Positions 9,615-20,715 of a DNA stretch of 64,000 nt are shown piece by piece. The position numbers and the translations under genes were made by a program. Where the stretch lies: positions 1 to 64,000 of the forward strand of contig CAWHEP010000005.1 in assembly GCA_963828525.1 (NCBI GenBank). Direction: 5' to 3'. This DNA is from an uncultured Verrucomicrobiae bacterium (GTDB lineage Bacteria > Verrucomicrobiota > Verrucomicrobiia > Chthoniobacterales > Chthoniobacteraceae). The notes beneath the pieces are model-generated. The model had not been told where the DNA came from, searched no databases, and was given only the letters and a program-made list of their open reading frames with translations. Position 1 is the first letter of the stretch; each line of letters begins with the position of its first letter.

Positions 9615-10790
9615 TTGCGAGAGGTTCGTCCAGCGGGGCTGGGCAGGCTGGAGGTGGACTCGCGGCTGCTCCTGAATTTTTCTTCCAACGACTACCTCGG
9701 TTTTGCGAGGGAGCCAATGCTGGTTGACGCCGCGAAGAAGGCAATGGACGAATTCGGAGTCGGCTCAGGAGCATCGCGTCTGGTATGCGGAACCCTTCCA
9801 GCCCATTCCCGTCTGGAAAGCGAAATTGCCCGCTTCAAGGGAACGGAAGCCGCGTTGACGTTTTCCAGCGGCTACGCGGCGGCCGTCGGGACAATTGCGG
9901 CGATGGCCGGCAAGGATGACGTCGTTATCATGGACAAGCTTTGTCATGCTTCTCTCATTGACGGCGCGCGTCTGGCGGGGGCGGCACTGCGTGTGTTTCC
10001 TCACAATCACCTGGGCAGGCTGGAGAGCCACCTTGCCTGGGCGCGGGATCATCATCCTGGAGCGCGGGTTCTCGTGATAACCGAGTCTGTTTTTAGCATG
10101 GACGGAGATTTGGCGCCTCTTGCAGAGATAGTGGATTTGAAGGATCGGTATGGAGCAACGCTCCTCCTCGACGAGGCGCATGCAATCGGCGTGCTGGGCG
10201 TTCAGGGCCGTGGATTAGCCGCCGCAAGCGGTCTCGCCAACCGCGTGGATGTCCAGATGGGCACCTTGAGCAAGGCTCTTGGCGTGAGCGGGGGCTACAT
10301 CTGCGGCAGGCGCAGCCTCATCGATCTTCTTGTGAATCGCGCTCGCAGCTTCATCTACTCGACGGCGCCGCCTCCGTCCCTTGCCGCGGCGGCTGCTGAA
10401 GCGATCTCCTTGCTCTCTTCCGCGGCTGGAGAGGATCGGCGTCGGAAGCTGTGGAGCAACATAGAGCAGTTTTGGAAAGGTCTTCCTAGACGGTTTGCGC
10501 CTCTCACGGAACCAGCCAGCGCGATTGTCCCGCTCATGGTTGGTCCGGAGGACATTGCCCTCGCGGCGTCGCGCTGGCTTCTGGAGAAAGGCTTCTTCAT
10601 CCCAGCCATTCGCTTCCCCACGGTGGCGAAGGGCGCCGCCAGGTTGCGCTGTACTGTTTCTGCCACGCACGAGCCGGAACAAATCGATGCTCTTTGCGCG
10701 ACCCTCGCGGCCCTTGCGGATAAGCTTGCCCTTCACGAGAGTCCAGATAGTGGCGGCGCCCCGGCGGCCAGTTTCGAAAATCCTAGCTGA
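9615..10790 (+). CDS. bioF: 8-amino-7-oxononanoate synthase; true start probably slightly upstream
   Basis: FSSNDYLG, GSGASRLV, HASLIDG, ESVFSMDGD, DEAHA, GTLSKALG. Confidence 0.9.
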   Translation: MREVRPAGLGRLEVDSRLLLNFSSNDYLGFAREPMLVDAAKKAMDEFGVGSGASRLVCGTLPAHSRLESEIARFKGTEAALTFSSGYAAAVGTIAAMAGKDDVVIMDKLCHASLIDGARLAGAALRVFPHNHLGRLESHLAWARDHHPGARVLVITESVFSMDGDLAPLAEIVDLKDRYGATLLLDEAHAIGVLGVQGRGLAAASGLANRVDVQMGTLSKALGVSGGYICGRRSLIDLLVNRARSFIYSTAPPPSLAAAAAEAISLLSSAAGEDRRRKLWSNIEQFWKGLPRRFAPLTEPASAIVPLMVGPEDIALAASRWLLEKGFFIPAIRFPTVAKGAARLRCTVSATHEPEQIDALCATLAALADKLALHESPDSGGAPAASFENPS

Positions 10791-10821
10791 CAACTTGTTC
10801 CCTTTTTGACTACTCTTCAGC

Positions 10822-11628
10822 ATGTCAATCCGCCGCATCCTGGCAGTCGGCTTCCTGCTCTGCTTTCCGATTGCTGGACTGCGCGCCAAGCCGGATCATC
10901 TGACGGCCGAGCAGATGGCCGCCGCGACGAAGGTCGATGCCATCACCGTGCCTACGCCGGGCGAGCTTTTCGCGGCGATCAACGAGGTTGGAAAGCCGAA
11001 TTGGCAGAGCGAATACCGAAAGCCTATTCAGACCGCGTTCACCTCTCGCCCCCAGATTGCCCTGAACTTGGGGGGGCTGATTGCGGATGGCTACATTGCC
11101 GTCGAGGCGGAGGACAGCCAGCAGGTCAAAAATATAGGGAAGGACATCGAGACGCTGGCGAAAGCTCTCGGCGTGAGCCAGAACATCCTGAGCAGGGGAG
11201 GGAGCATCACGCAGTTTGCGGAGAATAATGAGTGGAGCGCCCTCAGGGAGGAGCTTGAGTCCACACAGAACGAGGTAAAGATGTCGATGGATGAACAGCA
11301 CGACGGTGGCCTCGTGGCGCTCGTCAGCCTGGGAGGCTGGGTACGGGGGACAGAGGTCGTCAGTTCATGGGTCGCGAAGAACTACACTCCGGAACATGCC
11401 CGGCTCCTGCGCCAGCCCGCGCTCGTCGCTTTCCTCCGCGGCAAGGTGGACACCCTGGCTCCCAAGGTGCGGGATGATCCCCTCGTGCAAGGTGTCAGCG
11501 CCGACCTTGCTGGCATCCAGAAACTTGTTTCGTTTCCTTTGGAGAAGACTCCGACGAACAGCGAGGTCGTGGCGCTTCGGGAAGCAGCAATGGCACTTGT
11601 GAAGAAGATATCCGGGAGGAACGATTAG
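10822..11628 (+). CDS. Secreted hypothetical protein
   Basis: Signal peptide; helical 268-aa ORF in an operon. Confidence 0.7.
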   Translation: MSIRRILAVGFLLCFPIAGLRAKPDHLTAEQMAAATKVDAITVPTPGELFAAINEVGKPNWQSEYRKPIQTAFTSRPQIALNLGGLIADGYIAVEAEDSQQVKNIGKDIETLAKALGVSQNILSRGGSITQFAENNEWSALREELESTQNEVKMSMDEQHDGGLVALVSLGGWVRGTEVVSSWVAKNYTPEHARLLRQPALVAFLRGKVDTLAPKVRDDPLVQGVSADLAGIQKLVSFPLEKTPTNSEVVALREAAMALVKKISGRND

Positions 11629-11629
11629 G

Positions 11630-12058
11630 ATGCGCCGCGCGCTCTCTCCGTTGCTCGCCTGCCTCTTATTTACCGCGACTCTTCGCGCCGCGAGTGACGA
11701 TGAAGCCCAGGCGAGGAAGACCGTTCTCGATCTCGCCGGCGCGTTCTCCAACGATGGGTTCAAGGTTCGGGACGGGAACTGGACGGGTTCCATCCACCCC
11801 GGCGAGACACTGCTCCTTCAGGTGCATCTCTACGCCGGCAACCAATATTGGTTTATGGTAGGCGGGAGCGCCGCCGCCAAGCAGCTCGCTGTAAGCCTGT
11901 TTGACGAGACGGGGGCGTTGCTTCAATCATCCCCATTCAAAGCGGACGCAAGCGCGGCGGCGGGGTTCGCCGCTCCTGCAAGCGGCCCGTATTACGTTCG
12001 CATTCAGGAACTCGCGGGAGAGCCGTCGAGCTTCTGTTTCATCTACTCATACAAATAA
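11630..12058 (+). CDS. Secreted hypothetical protein (beta-sandwich-like)
   Basis: Signal peptide; GPYYVRI pattern; starts 1 nt after the upstream stop. Confidence 0.65.
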   Translation: MRRALSPLLACLLFTATLRAASDDEAQARKTVLDLAGAFSNDGFKVRDGNWTGSIHPGETLLLQVHLYAGNQYWFMVGGSAAAKQLAVSLFDETGALLQSSPFKADASAAAGFAAPASGPYYVRIQELAGEPSSFCFIYSYK

Positions 12059-12076
12059 GTCGGAAGGGTTCCACAC

Positions 12077-12547
12077 ATGGCAGTCGAAGAAGCACAAACC
12101 ACAACAAAGGCTGATGGGCCGAGCGTGAAACAGTTCTCCGTGTTCCTGAAAAACAAGGTCGGCGCTCTGCTGGACATTGTGAAGTTGCTCAACGAGCACA
12201 ACATCCACGTGCTGGCCCTGAATGTGCAGGACTCGGCTGATTCAGCCATCGTTCGCATCGTGGTTAGCGACCCTGAGCGGGTGCAGGACCTCTTCGGCAT
12301 CCACGATATCCCCTTTTCGCTCACCGAGTTTGTGGTCGTCGAACTGAAGGAGGGAGCCACTCAACTCGGCAAAGTTCTTGCCGCTTTGCTCATGGCGGAG
12401 GTGAATATACACGGGAGCTATTCCCTCCTTTCGCGTCCACGCGGAAATGCCGCGCTGGCCCTCCATGTAGAGGATAACGAATGCGCAAGCGCGGTGCTTC
12501 GCAGCCACGGCTTTAGGATCCTGAGCCAGACTGACATCTCCCGCTAA
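12077..12547 (+). CDS. Tandem ACT-domain protein
   Basis: KQFSVFLKNKVGAL, IVRIVVSDPE, EVNIHGSY. Confidence 0.8.
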   Translation: MAVEEAQTTTKADGPSVKQFSVFLKNKVGALLDIVKLLNEHNIHVLALNVQDSADSAIVRIVVSDPERVQDLFGIHDIPFSLTEFVVVELKEGATQLGKVLAALLMAEVNIHGSYSLLSRPRGNAALALHVEDNECASAVLRSHGFRILSQTDISR

Positions 12548-12653
12548 CCGCGCCCCGCACACGGCGATTGACGGGCGCTTTCCCCGTCAATAAAGCCACG
12601 CGCATTTTCTGCGCGGGTCTCGATTATGCTTCGCCGCCGTAAACCACCCGAGC

Positions 12654-14541
12654 GTGGGAAACAGGAGGCGAAGACACGTGAAAAGCGAGCGACTTCCTCA
12701 GGGAGCTGATCTTATTGAATCTGGAGTGCGCTACCGCGTCTGGTCACCCCAGACCACGGCGGTTCGCGTCGAGGCGCAGGCAGTGGAGTCAGGTGAGACG
12801 CGCGAAATCCCCCTCATCGTAGACGCTTCCGGATACCATTCCGGCATCGATCACGCTGGCTGCGCGGGCGACACTTACAAGTATCGACTGGACGATAAGG
12901 GTTCATACCCGGACCCGGCGTCGCGCTGGCAGCCTTCTGGCCCGCATGGCCCTTCCATGGTTATCGACCCGCTCGATTTCGTCTGGCACGACAGGGACTG
13001 GAAATGCCCGGAGTTCAGAGATTTGGCGATCTACGAATTGCACGTGGGCGCGTTTACGCCTGAAGGCACGTTCCTTGCCGCGATAGACAAGCTGGATTAT
13101 CTGCGCGATCTCGGCGTCACTGCCATCGAGTTGATGCCGATTGCCGATTTCCCGGGTGATCGCAACTGGGGTTACGATGGCGTCGCCCTCTTCGCTCCGG
13201 CCAGAGCTTACGGACACCCGGATGATCTTCGCGCCCTGGTCGATGCGTCGCACAGAGCTGGCCTCGCGGTGATCCTTGACGTGGTTTACAACCATTTCGG
13301 CCCGGATGGTAACTATCTGGGAGCTTTTAGCGCGGGCTACTTCAATCGTGAGCGCAAAACGCCATGGGGGGATTCTTTCAACTATGATGGGCCGCATTCA
13401 GGGCCCGTTCGCGCTTTTTTCGTTTCCAATGCTCCCTACTGGCGCGAGGAGTTTCACATAGATGGGTTCCGTCTCGACGCCACCCATGAGATTGAAGATG
13501 AATCTCCGCGCCACATCCTCGAGGAGATCACTTCGGCAGGTACATGCTTTGGGAGGTTTCTGCATCGCGGAAGATGCCAGGAACGCTGCCACGGTCGTGA
13601 TGCCGCCTCGCGAGAACGGATTGGGCTTCGATGGTGTTTGGGCGGACGACTTTCACCACACGGTCAGGGTTGCGCACACTGGCGAAGCGGAGGCCTACAT
13701 GGCAGATTTTACGGGCGCCACGCGTCAACTTGTTGAGACGCTGCGCCATGGCTGGCTCTATCGAGGGCAATTCTCGAAATTTGCAAACCAAAGTCGTGGC
13801 ACCGAGTGCCTCCACCTGTCCCCGCAGAAGTTCATTTACTGTATCAGCAATCACGATCAAGTGGGGAACAGGGCGTTTGGCGATCGCTTCAACCACAAGA
13901 TTTCCGCGGAGGGATATCGCGCGGCTTCCTGTTTGCTCTGCCTTACGCCTTACACACCCATGTTGTTTATGGGACAGGAGTGGGGCGCCTCTTCCCCATT
14001 CATATTTTTTACCGATCACAACTCTGAGTTGGGCGCGCTGATCACCGAGGGGCGCCGCAAAGAGTTTGAGGGATTCGCCGATTTCAAAGGCGGGGCGGAC
14101 ACGGGGGACATCCCTGACCCTCAGGATCCAGAGACGTTCGAGCGGTCCAAGCTTATATGGAGCGAGTTGTCGTCGCCGTCCTGCGTGGGGACGCTGGCTC
14201 TTTACAAGTCACTCCTGCGCCTGCGGTCGAGTTACGCGGCTTTCCGGCCGCGTTCGCGAGACACTTGGCGCGCCGAAGAGCTGGCCCTCGGCTGCGGAGC
14301 CTTGCGCATGCAAGGGGAGGGCGCCGACTGGCTGGTATTGTTCGATTTCGCTGGAGGGCATTCCGGGAAACTCAGTGATGAGTGGGTGTGCAAGCCCCCT
14401 GGGCGCGCCTCATGGGAGTTGGTCCTGGCAAGCAATGAGGATCGCTTTGGCGGAACGGGCGATGTTGGTTTTGACGCGATTGCGCAAACCGTGAACTTCC
14501 AAATTCCGCAAGTCGTCGTTTTAACCGCCCTGCATGACTAA
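12654..14541 (+). CDS. treZ: Malto-oligosyltrehalose trehalohydrolase (GH13), one frameshift near 13540
   Basis: YELHVG, RNWGYDG, DVVYNH, GFRLDATH in the first frame; IAED, WADDFHH, NHDQVGNR, LFMGQEW in the second; adjacent to treY. Confidence 0.9.
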
Positions 14542-17413
14542 TCAACATCCATCCATCCCAAGCAGCACCTATCGCCTGCAGTTCAATAAGGGATTCACGT
14601 TTACCCAAGCCCGGGAGATTGTTGCTTACCTCGATAACCTCGGAATAAGCCACTGCTATTCTTCCCCATACTTCATGGCGTCGCCGGACAGCTCGCATGG
14701 GTATGACATTGCTGACCATAATAAGCTGAACCCGGCGATTGGCTCCCGCGAGGAATACGACGCGTTTGTGGAGGAACTGCGCCGCTTTGGCATGGGCCAG
14801 GTCGTGGATTTCGTTCCAAACCACATGGGCATCGCGGATTCCTTAAACCGCTGGTGGATGGACGTGCTTGAAAATGGTCCCGGCTCCGTTTACGCCCCGT
14901 ATTTCGATATCGATTGGCTGCCGCTCAAGGACGAACTCCGCGGAAAGGTGCTGCTTCCAATACTCGGTGATCAGTATGGGCGCGCGCTTGAGCGCGGAGA
15001 ATTGGAGGTCGCCTTCCAGTCGGGCTCTTTCTTCGTGAAATACTATGGGACACGATTACCCGTCGCCCCGCGGACTCATGTTCACGTCCTGCGCAAGGCG
15101 CTTGACCTGGCCATAGCTGGCCAGCCGCCCGAGGGGGTATCGCCCACGCCGCAGGGAGAGACAGCCGACCCCGGCATTACCGAATTGCGCAGTATTCTGA
15201 CTGCCCTGGATCATCTCCCTTCGCGCAATGAAGTCGAACCCGAGAAGGTCGAAGAGAGACTCAGGGAAAAGGAAGTTATAAGGCTGCGGCTGGCCAGGCT
15301 TTGCGACGAGCAGCCGCATATTGCCGAGGCGGTGCAAAACTCGCTTAAGGAAATCAATGGCACTGTCGGGAATGCGCGCAGCTTCGACGCTCTCGATGCT
15401 CTCCTTTCCGCGCAGCCCTATCGCCTCAGCTACTGGAAAGTCGCCGCCGAGGAGATCAACTACAGGCGCTTTTTTGACATCAATAATTTGGCCGCCATTC
15501 GCATGGAGCGAAAGGATGTCTTCGATGCAACCCACCGTTTCATATTCGAACTGATCGCCTCAGGCGCGGTCACCGGACTCCGCATCGACCACGTCGATGG
15601 ACTCTGGAACCCGAGGGAATATCTCGAGCAATTACAGAAGGGATGCGCGGCGCTCTTTGACTTGGATCCCGCCAGTCGCGGGCTGTATCTTCTTGTAGAG
15701 AAGATTCTGATTGGCTCCGAGCCGCTGCGACAGGATTGGCCGGTCCATGGCACCACGGGTTACGATTTTACGATCCAGGCGATCTCGGTCCTGGTGGATT
15801 CCACCGCCGAGAAGCCGATCACCAGCGCCTACCAGCGGTTCGTTGGAGAGGCGATTCGTTTTGAAGACATGGTCTATGAGACGAAGCGCCAGACCATGCG
15901 TCTGTCCCTCGCGAGTGAGATCAACGTGCTCGGTTCCATTCTTAACCGCCTCTCCGAACAGAACCGTTGGTATCGCGACTTTACGCTGAATGCTTTAACC
16001 ACTGCGGTTAGAGAGGTGATCGCCTGTTTTCCTGTGTATCGTACCTACCTGGTGCCTGGCGAGGAGACGAGCGAGGAGGATCGGCAGATCATCCATCGCG
16101 CGGTCGCTGCGGCAAAGCGGCGCAACCCCGCCCTGGAACGATCCATTTTCGACTTTCTGCGTGATATCCTTCTCATGAGATTCCCCGAGAATATCAACGA
16201 AGAAGCCCGGGAGGAGCATGTCCGCTTTGTTCTTAAGTTCCAGCAATGCACGGGCCCGATCATGGCGAAAGGCTTGGAGGACACCGCCTTCTACATCTAC
16301 AATAGGCTGGTCGCGCTGAACGAGGTGGGGGGTGAACCCCAGAAGTTTGGCTCGTCCGTGGAAGCCTACCACCGGCTGTGTCTCAGGCGCCATGCTGACT
16401 CGCCAAACGCGATGCTCGCGACGTCCACGCACGACACCAAGCGGAGCGAAGACACGCGGGCGAGGATCGCGGCAATTTCCGAAATGCCTGGCGAATGGAA
16501 GCAGGCGTTGCAGCGATGGAAGAGCGCCAATCGAAAATCGAAGCGCGCGGTCGAAGGGCGTTTCGCTCCGGATGCGAACGAAGAGTATCTGCTGTACCAA
16601 ATGCTTCTTGGCACCTGGCCTCTTCAGCCCATGTCAGGGGAGGAGCGCCAGGGATACGTCGTCCGGATTCAGGACTATATGACCAAGGCGATCAAAGAAG
16701 CCAAGGTAAACAGTAGCTGGATCGAACCGAACGAGCCATGGGACGAAGCAGTCCGATCTTTTGTCGCCGCTATTTTGGAACCCGGCGCGCGCAACAAGTT
16801 CCTGCCCTCTTTTGCATCGCTGGCTGATCGGATAGCGCAGGCGGGAGCGATCAATTCCCTTTCCCAGGTAACGCTGAAATGCACGACCCCAGGAGTTCCG
16901 GACATCTACCAAGGGACGGAGATTTGGGACTTTAGCATGGTGGATCCCGACAATCGCCGACCGGTGGACTACGCGGCTCGGGCGCGAATGATTGATGACC
17001 TCGCGAGCGCCCACCCGCCACAACTGTTCGAATCATGGCGGAGTGGAGCGATCAAACTTTTCGTAACACGAACCCTGCTCAGATTCCGGCGCGAAAACGC
17101 GGCCTTGTTTGCTGAAGGCAGCTACACTCCGCTCGAGGTATCGGGAGCGTTTATGGATTGCTGTATAGCTTTTCGTCGGGAATGGGCAGACCAGGTGCTT
17201 GTCGTGGCGGTGCCTCGGCTCGCGTCCAGAGTTGGCTTCCCGCCTATCGGGGAGCTGTGGCAGGACACGGCTCTCGCAGGGGCGGTGCCGACTCTTCGCA
17301 ACCTGTTCACTGGCGGCGAAATTGTGTCTTCTGAACAAGGGGTTTCGCTCTCCCAGGTTTTTGCCGACTTTCCGGTCGCGGTATTGATCGGATCGAAGAC
17401 CGCCGCTTCTTAG
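14534..17413 (+). CDS. treY: Malto-oligosyltrehalose synthase
   Basis: STYRLQF, SHGYD, DFVPNHMG, NYRRFFD, GLRIDHVDGL, VEKIL, THDTKRSED, VDPDNRRPVDY. Confidence 0.95.
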   Translation: MTNQHPSIPSSTYRLQFNKGFTFTQAREIVAYLDNLGISHCYSSPYFMASPDSSHGYDIADHNKLNPAIGSREEYDAFVEELRRFGMGQVVDFVPNHMGIADSLNRWWMDVLENGPGSVYAPYFDIDWLPLKDELRGKVLLPILGDQYGRALERGELEVAFQSGSFFVKYYGTRLPVAPRTHVHVLRKALDLAIAGQPPEGVSPTPQGETADPGITELRSILTALDHLPSRNEVEPEKVEERLREKEVIRLRLARLCDEQPHIAEAVQNSLKEINGTVGNARSFDALDALLSAQPYRLSYWKVAAEEINYRRFFDINNLAAIRMERKDVFDATHRFIFELIASGAVTGLRIDHVDGLWNPREYLEQLQKGCAALFDLDPASRGLYLLVEKILIGSEPLRQDWPVHGTTGYDFTIQAISVLVDSTAEKPITSAYQRFVGEAIRFEDMVYETKRQTMRLSLASEINVLGSILNRLSEQNRWYRDFTLNALTTAVREVIACFPVYRTYLVPGEETSEEDRQIIHRAVAAAKRRNPALERSIFDFLRDILLMRFPENINEEAREEHVRFVLKFQQCTGPIMAKGLEDTAFYIYNRLVALNEVGGEPQKFGSSVEAYHRLCLRRHADSPNAMLATSTHDTKRSEDTRARIAAISEMPGEWKQALQRWKSANRKSKRAVEGRFAPDANEEYLLYQMLLGTWPLQPMSGEERQGYVVRIQDYMTKAIKEAKVNSSWIEPNEPWDEAVRSFVAAILEPGARNKFLPSFASLADRIAQAGAINSLSQVTLKCTTPGVPDIYQGTEIWDFSMVDPDNRRPVDYAARARMIDDLASAHPPQLFESWRSGAIKLFVTRTLLRFRRENAALFAEGSYTPLEVSGAFMDCCIAFRREWADQVLVVAVPRLASRVGFPPIGELWQDTALAGAVPTLRNLFTGGEIVSSEQGVSLSQVFADFPVAVLIGSKTAAS

Positions 17414-17871
17414 CCTCCGAGTTCTTGCTCGCTCAGGATCGTAAGAAACTCCTCCGCAGTCTTGACGCTCCTGAGGGTGGTTTCGGACGCTGGCTCCTTG
17501 AAGATGCGCGCCAGCGCTCCAACGATTCTGAGGTAGTCCGCTGCCAGGGCCACAGGGACGCCGATGGCGAAGAAGTAGTAGAGCCTGCCTTCGCGGCCTT
17601 CGATCTGGATTCCATTGGTGGAGCGGCCGACGCTCATCACCATGCTGCTTACGCAATGCGTCCGCGCGTGGGGGATGCAGATTTCCACTGTGGCTCCCGC
17701 ATCAATGATCGGACAGCGGGCGGCGAGGCCGTTGTAAAATCCTGTCCAGTCCAGCACCCGTTCATCTCCCTTCAACAAGCTGGCCACGTGCAATACAGCC
17801 TCCTCTTGATTGCCCGTTTTTAATTCCAGGTCGATGTGCTTCGTGAGCAGGATGTCTGAGATCGTGATCAC
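17410..17871 (-). CDS. PTS EIIA (fructose/nitrogen-type) domain protein
   Basis: ICIPHAR phospho-His motif, YLRIVGALAR; GTG start overlaps the nadK stop. Confidence 0.8.
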   Translation of the reverse strand: MITISDILLTKHIDLELKTGNQEEAVLHVASLLKGDERVLDWTGFYNGLAARCPIIDAGATVEICIPHARTHCVSSMVMSVGRSTNGIQIEGREGRLYYFFAIGVPVALAADYLRIVGALARIFKEPASETTLRSVKTAEEFLTILSEQELGG

Positions 17872-18734
17872 AGCGCGCTTCCACTCCATTTCAACTTCTG
17901 GCTCAGCAGATCGAAAAACGATACATCGGGCAGCGTGGCGAGCGGGAGGTGCAGTCGCGACTTTCTGATCCTGACAATGTCCCCGCAGGCGAGCGCGAGC
18001 AGGCCCTGCCCATCGACTGTCAGAAACACGGAGGTGTCGCGCTTGCACGGGCTGATCTCGACAGTCGACGCGTCATTCACGATCACGGAACGATTCGTCA
18101 GCACGTGCGGACAGATCGGCGTGATTACGAACACGCCCGAGTCCGGCTTCATGACCGGGCCGCCCGCGGCGAGCGAATAGGCAGTGGAGCCCGTGGACGT
18201 CGCCACGATCAGTCCATCAGCGTTATATTCTGTCAGAACTTTCTTATCCACCCAGGTCTTCAGCTTGATCAGCCGGGAGATTTCGCCGCGGTTGATGACG
18301 GCGTCATTCAGTCCGATCCGTTTCTCAATCACCCGCCCCGCGCGCTCGACTTCCAGGGAAAGCAGCGTCCGCTTGCTGAGCACGAAGCTTCCATCCACGA
18401 TCGCTTCCACGGCGCTCAGGTAGGAGGAGGAGTTCACGCACGTCAGGAAACCGAGCGAGCCAAGGTTGATGCCGAAGATGGGTTTCAACTCGCGCTTCAA
18501 GTCATGCACAACCTGCAGGATGGTTCCGTCGCCGCCCAGAACCACGAGGATATCGCAAGTTTTTCCCAGATCGGCGGGTGTCGATGTCGATTGTTCTCCG
18601 ACGAGACGAGCCGTCGCGGCTTCCAGCTCCACGGTCAGCCCCCGGCTTTCGAAGTCACTTTTTAACGTGCGCGCAAGGTTGGCGGCGCCGCGCTTTCCCG
18701 TATGCGCGATCAGTCCGACTATTTTCGGATGCAT
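17868..18734 (-). CDS. nadK: NAD(+) kinase
   Basis: LGGDGT, GINLGSLGFL, LND, DGLIVATSTGSTAYSLAAGG. Confidence 0.95.
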   Translation of the reverse strand: MHPKIVGLIAHTGKRGAANLARTLKSDFESRGLTVELEAATARLVGEQSTSTPADLGKTCDILVVLGGDGTILQVVHDLKRELKPIFGINLGSLGFLTCVNSSSYLSAVEAIVDGSFVLSKRTLLSLEVERAGRVIEKRIGLNDAVINRGEISRLIKLKTWVDKKVLTEYNADGLIVATSTGSTAYSLAAGGPVMKPDSGVFVITPICPHVLTNRSVIVNDASTVEISPCKRDTSVFLTVDGQGLLALACGDIVRIRKSRLHLPLATLPDVSFFDLLSQKLKWSGSAL

Positions 18735-19462
18735 GCCAGGAACTCCGCGTTGCCTTCGGCGCCCAGGATGGGCGACTGGATTAAGCCGAGCCATTTATTG
18801 CCGGCATTTCGAACGAAGGTCTCAATTTTCTGGATTGCCCGCTGGTGCAATGCGGAATCCCGTACGATCCCGCCCTTGCCGACATCCTGTTTGCTCAACT
18901 CAAATTGCGGCTTGATCAGAGCTATAAGCACTCCCTCTGGAGTTAACACCCCGAGCGCGGGTGGCAAGATCAAAGTCAGCGAGATGAAAGACACGTCGAT
19001 GACACAAACCGATACCTGCTCTCCGATTTCGGCGGGGGTAAGATGCCGGGCGTTTAGCTTTTCTCGAACCACCACCCGCGCGTCGGATCGAATTTTCCAG
19101 TCCAGTTGACTATGACCCACGTCGATGGCGAAGACCTTGGTCGCGCCTCGCTGGAGCAGGCAATCGGTGAATCCTCCCGTGGAAGCTCCCACGTCCAGGC
19201 ACACACAACCCGAGGGATCCACCTGGAATTCGTCTAGCGCCGCCGCAAGCTTGTAACCGCCCCGGCCCACGTATGGACTCGTCGCCTTTACGGTAAGGAT
19301 GTCGCTTGCCTGAACCTGGAAACTTGCCTTGTCCACGACGCATTCTCCCACTCTCACTTCCCCCGCCATGATGTGGCGTCGCGCCTTCTCGCGGCTGTCT
19401 AGCATCCCGCGCTCGACAAGGGCGACATCGAGGCGCTGTTTTACCTTGCCCTCCTCCCTCAC
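18719..19462 (-). CDS. tlyA: TlyA family rRNA 2'-O-methyltransferase
   Basis: S4 domain, RGGYKL, LDVGASTGGFTD, DVSFISL, LIKPQFE, GNAEF. Confidence 0.95.
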   Translation of the reverse strand: MREEGKVKQRLDVALVERGMLDSREKARRHIMAGEVRVGECVVDKASFQVQASDILTVKATSPYVGRGGYKLAAALDEFQVDPSGCVCLDVGASTGGFTDCLLQRGATKVFAIDVGHSQLDWKIRSDARVVVREKLNARHLTPAEIGEQVSVCVIDVSFISLTLILPPALGVLTPEGVLIALIKPQFELSKQDVGKGGIVRDSALHQRAIQKIETFVRNAGNKWLGLIQSPILGAEGNAEFLACIRK

Positions 19463-20715
19463 AGGTTGCTCTTCAGGATGTCGTAGATGGCGGTATTATC
19501 CATGAACCCGCGCAGTCGCTGCGATCCCGGCCCGATGCCCACGGCGATCACGTCGTCGGCGTTGTTGATCGCGGCTGGCGCGTAAAAGGCCGCTGGCTCG
19601 GCGGGGAGCCGCGCCTGTGGATCGAGAGCGGTAATCGTGGCGGAGAGAGACGGGGCAGGGGGGCCTTTAGGCCCTGTAGCCCATGTAATGGAAGGAAATC
19701 CGAAGGGGTTCGTCCCGAGAACAGAGACACCCCGGTCCTGGCGAAACGGGTATCCGTTCATGGCCATGCCGCCGGCGCTCTGCTTTCCGACCGCGATAAT
19801 CAGCGCCTTCTTTCCCGCATATTGGAGCGCCGTGGCCACTGCTCGATCCAGTTGTACAGTCTCGGTGATGACGTGTTCGCCATCATTCTCTTCCGCGGCG
19901 CGCGTGATTAATTCCGCGTCCACCACCAGCAGGTATCCATGCCGATTATACTGGAGCAGCTCTATCGCCCGCCGAACCATGTCCGCCAGGGAAGGTTGCT
20001 GGCTGGCAGCGGTGGCATCGTCGCCAAATGCCATGTTTCCTCGATTGAAAAATCCTACAAGCCGCGAACTGCCAAAAACAGGCGCAGCCTCCAAATCCGG
20101 CTTCGAACGAATCACCGGCCTTCCTTGCTGATGCATTTCCAACAGCAGGTCGCGCCCATCCTTCCGGATCCCGCCTTCGGCTACAGGTGAAAAGTTCGCG
20201 GCTCCTCCGCCCAGGGCCACCGCCAGGTCAGCGTCTGTGAATTGCGCCGCGATGCTCTCCACCTCATTGCTGTTCGTCGCGTGAGCGTAAAAGGCGGCGA
20301 CTCCGGGATCTGTTAGGCTGCCGTTGCTGATGATTCCGGTGGTTCGCCCCTCCTTTCGCGCTGCGTCAAGGATCGATGGGAGGGCGGTGCCGCGCGCGTC
20401 GATCGAGACGCTTCGGTTGTTCACCTTCACCCCGGTGGCGAGCGCCGTCGCCGCCGACGCGGAATCGGGAACCGCGAAGTCATTGGCGTAGGTCGTCAGC
20501 AAGGCCAGATTCGGAAGCGCTTCCATTGCAAGACGGTGGTCTGCTCCCACATCGTACAGGCGCGTCGCTGTAAAATTCCTGGTCACCAGACCGTCGCCGA
20601 TGAACAGGATGATCGCAAACGGCTTCTGCACCACCCAGTTGCGAAAGTACCAAACGCCGAACGCCGCAAAGAAGAGCAGGCAGACGAGGGCAAGAGCAAG
20701 GTTCCTGGTTTTCAT
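19459..20715 (-). CDS. Alkaline phosphatase-family protein with altered metal ligands
   Basis: ILFIGDG, PDSASAATALATGVK, LGGG, PSLADMV. Confidence 0.8.
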   Translation of the reverse strand: MKTRNLALALVCLLFFAAFGVWYFRNWVVQKPFAIILFIGDGLVTRNFTATRLYDVGADHRLAMEALPNLALLTTYANDFAVPDSASAATALATGVKVNNRSVSIDARGTALPSILDAARKEGRTTGIISNGSLTDPGVAAFYAHATNSNEVESIAAQFTDADLAVALGGGAANFSPVAEGGIRKDGRDLLLEMHQQGRPVIRSKPDLEAAPVFGSSRLVGFFNRGNMAFGDDATAASQQPSLADMVRRAIELLQYNRHGYLLVVDAELITRAAEENDGEHVITETVQLDRAVATALQYAGKKALIIAVGKQSAGGMAMNGYPFRQDRGVSVLGTNPFGFPSITWATGPKGPPAPSLSATITALDPQARLPAEPAAFYAPAAINNADDVIAVGIGPGSQRLRGFMDNTAIYDILKSNL

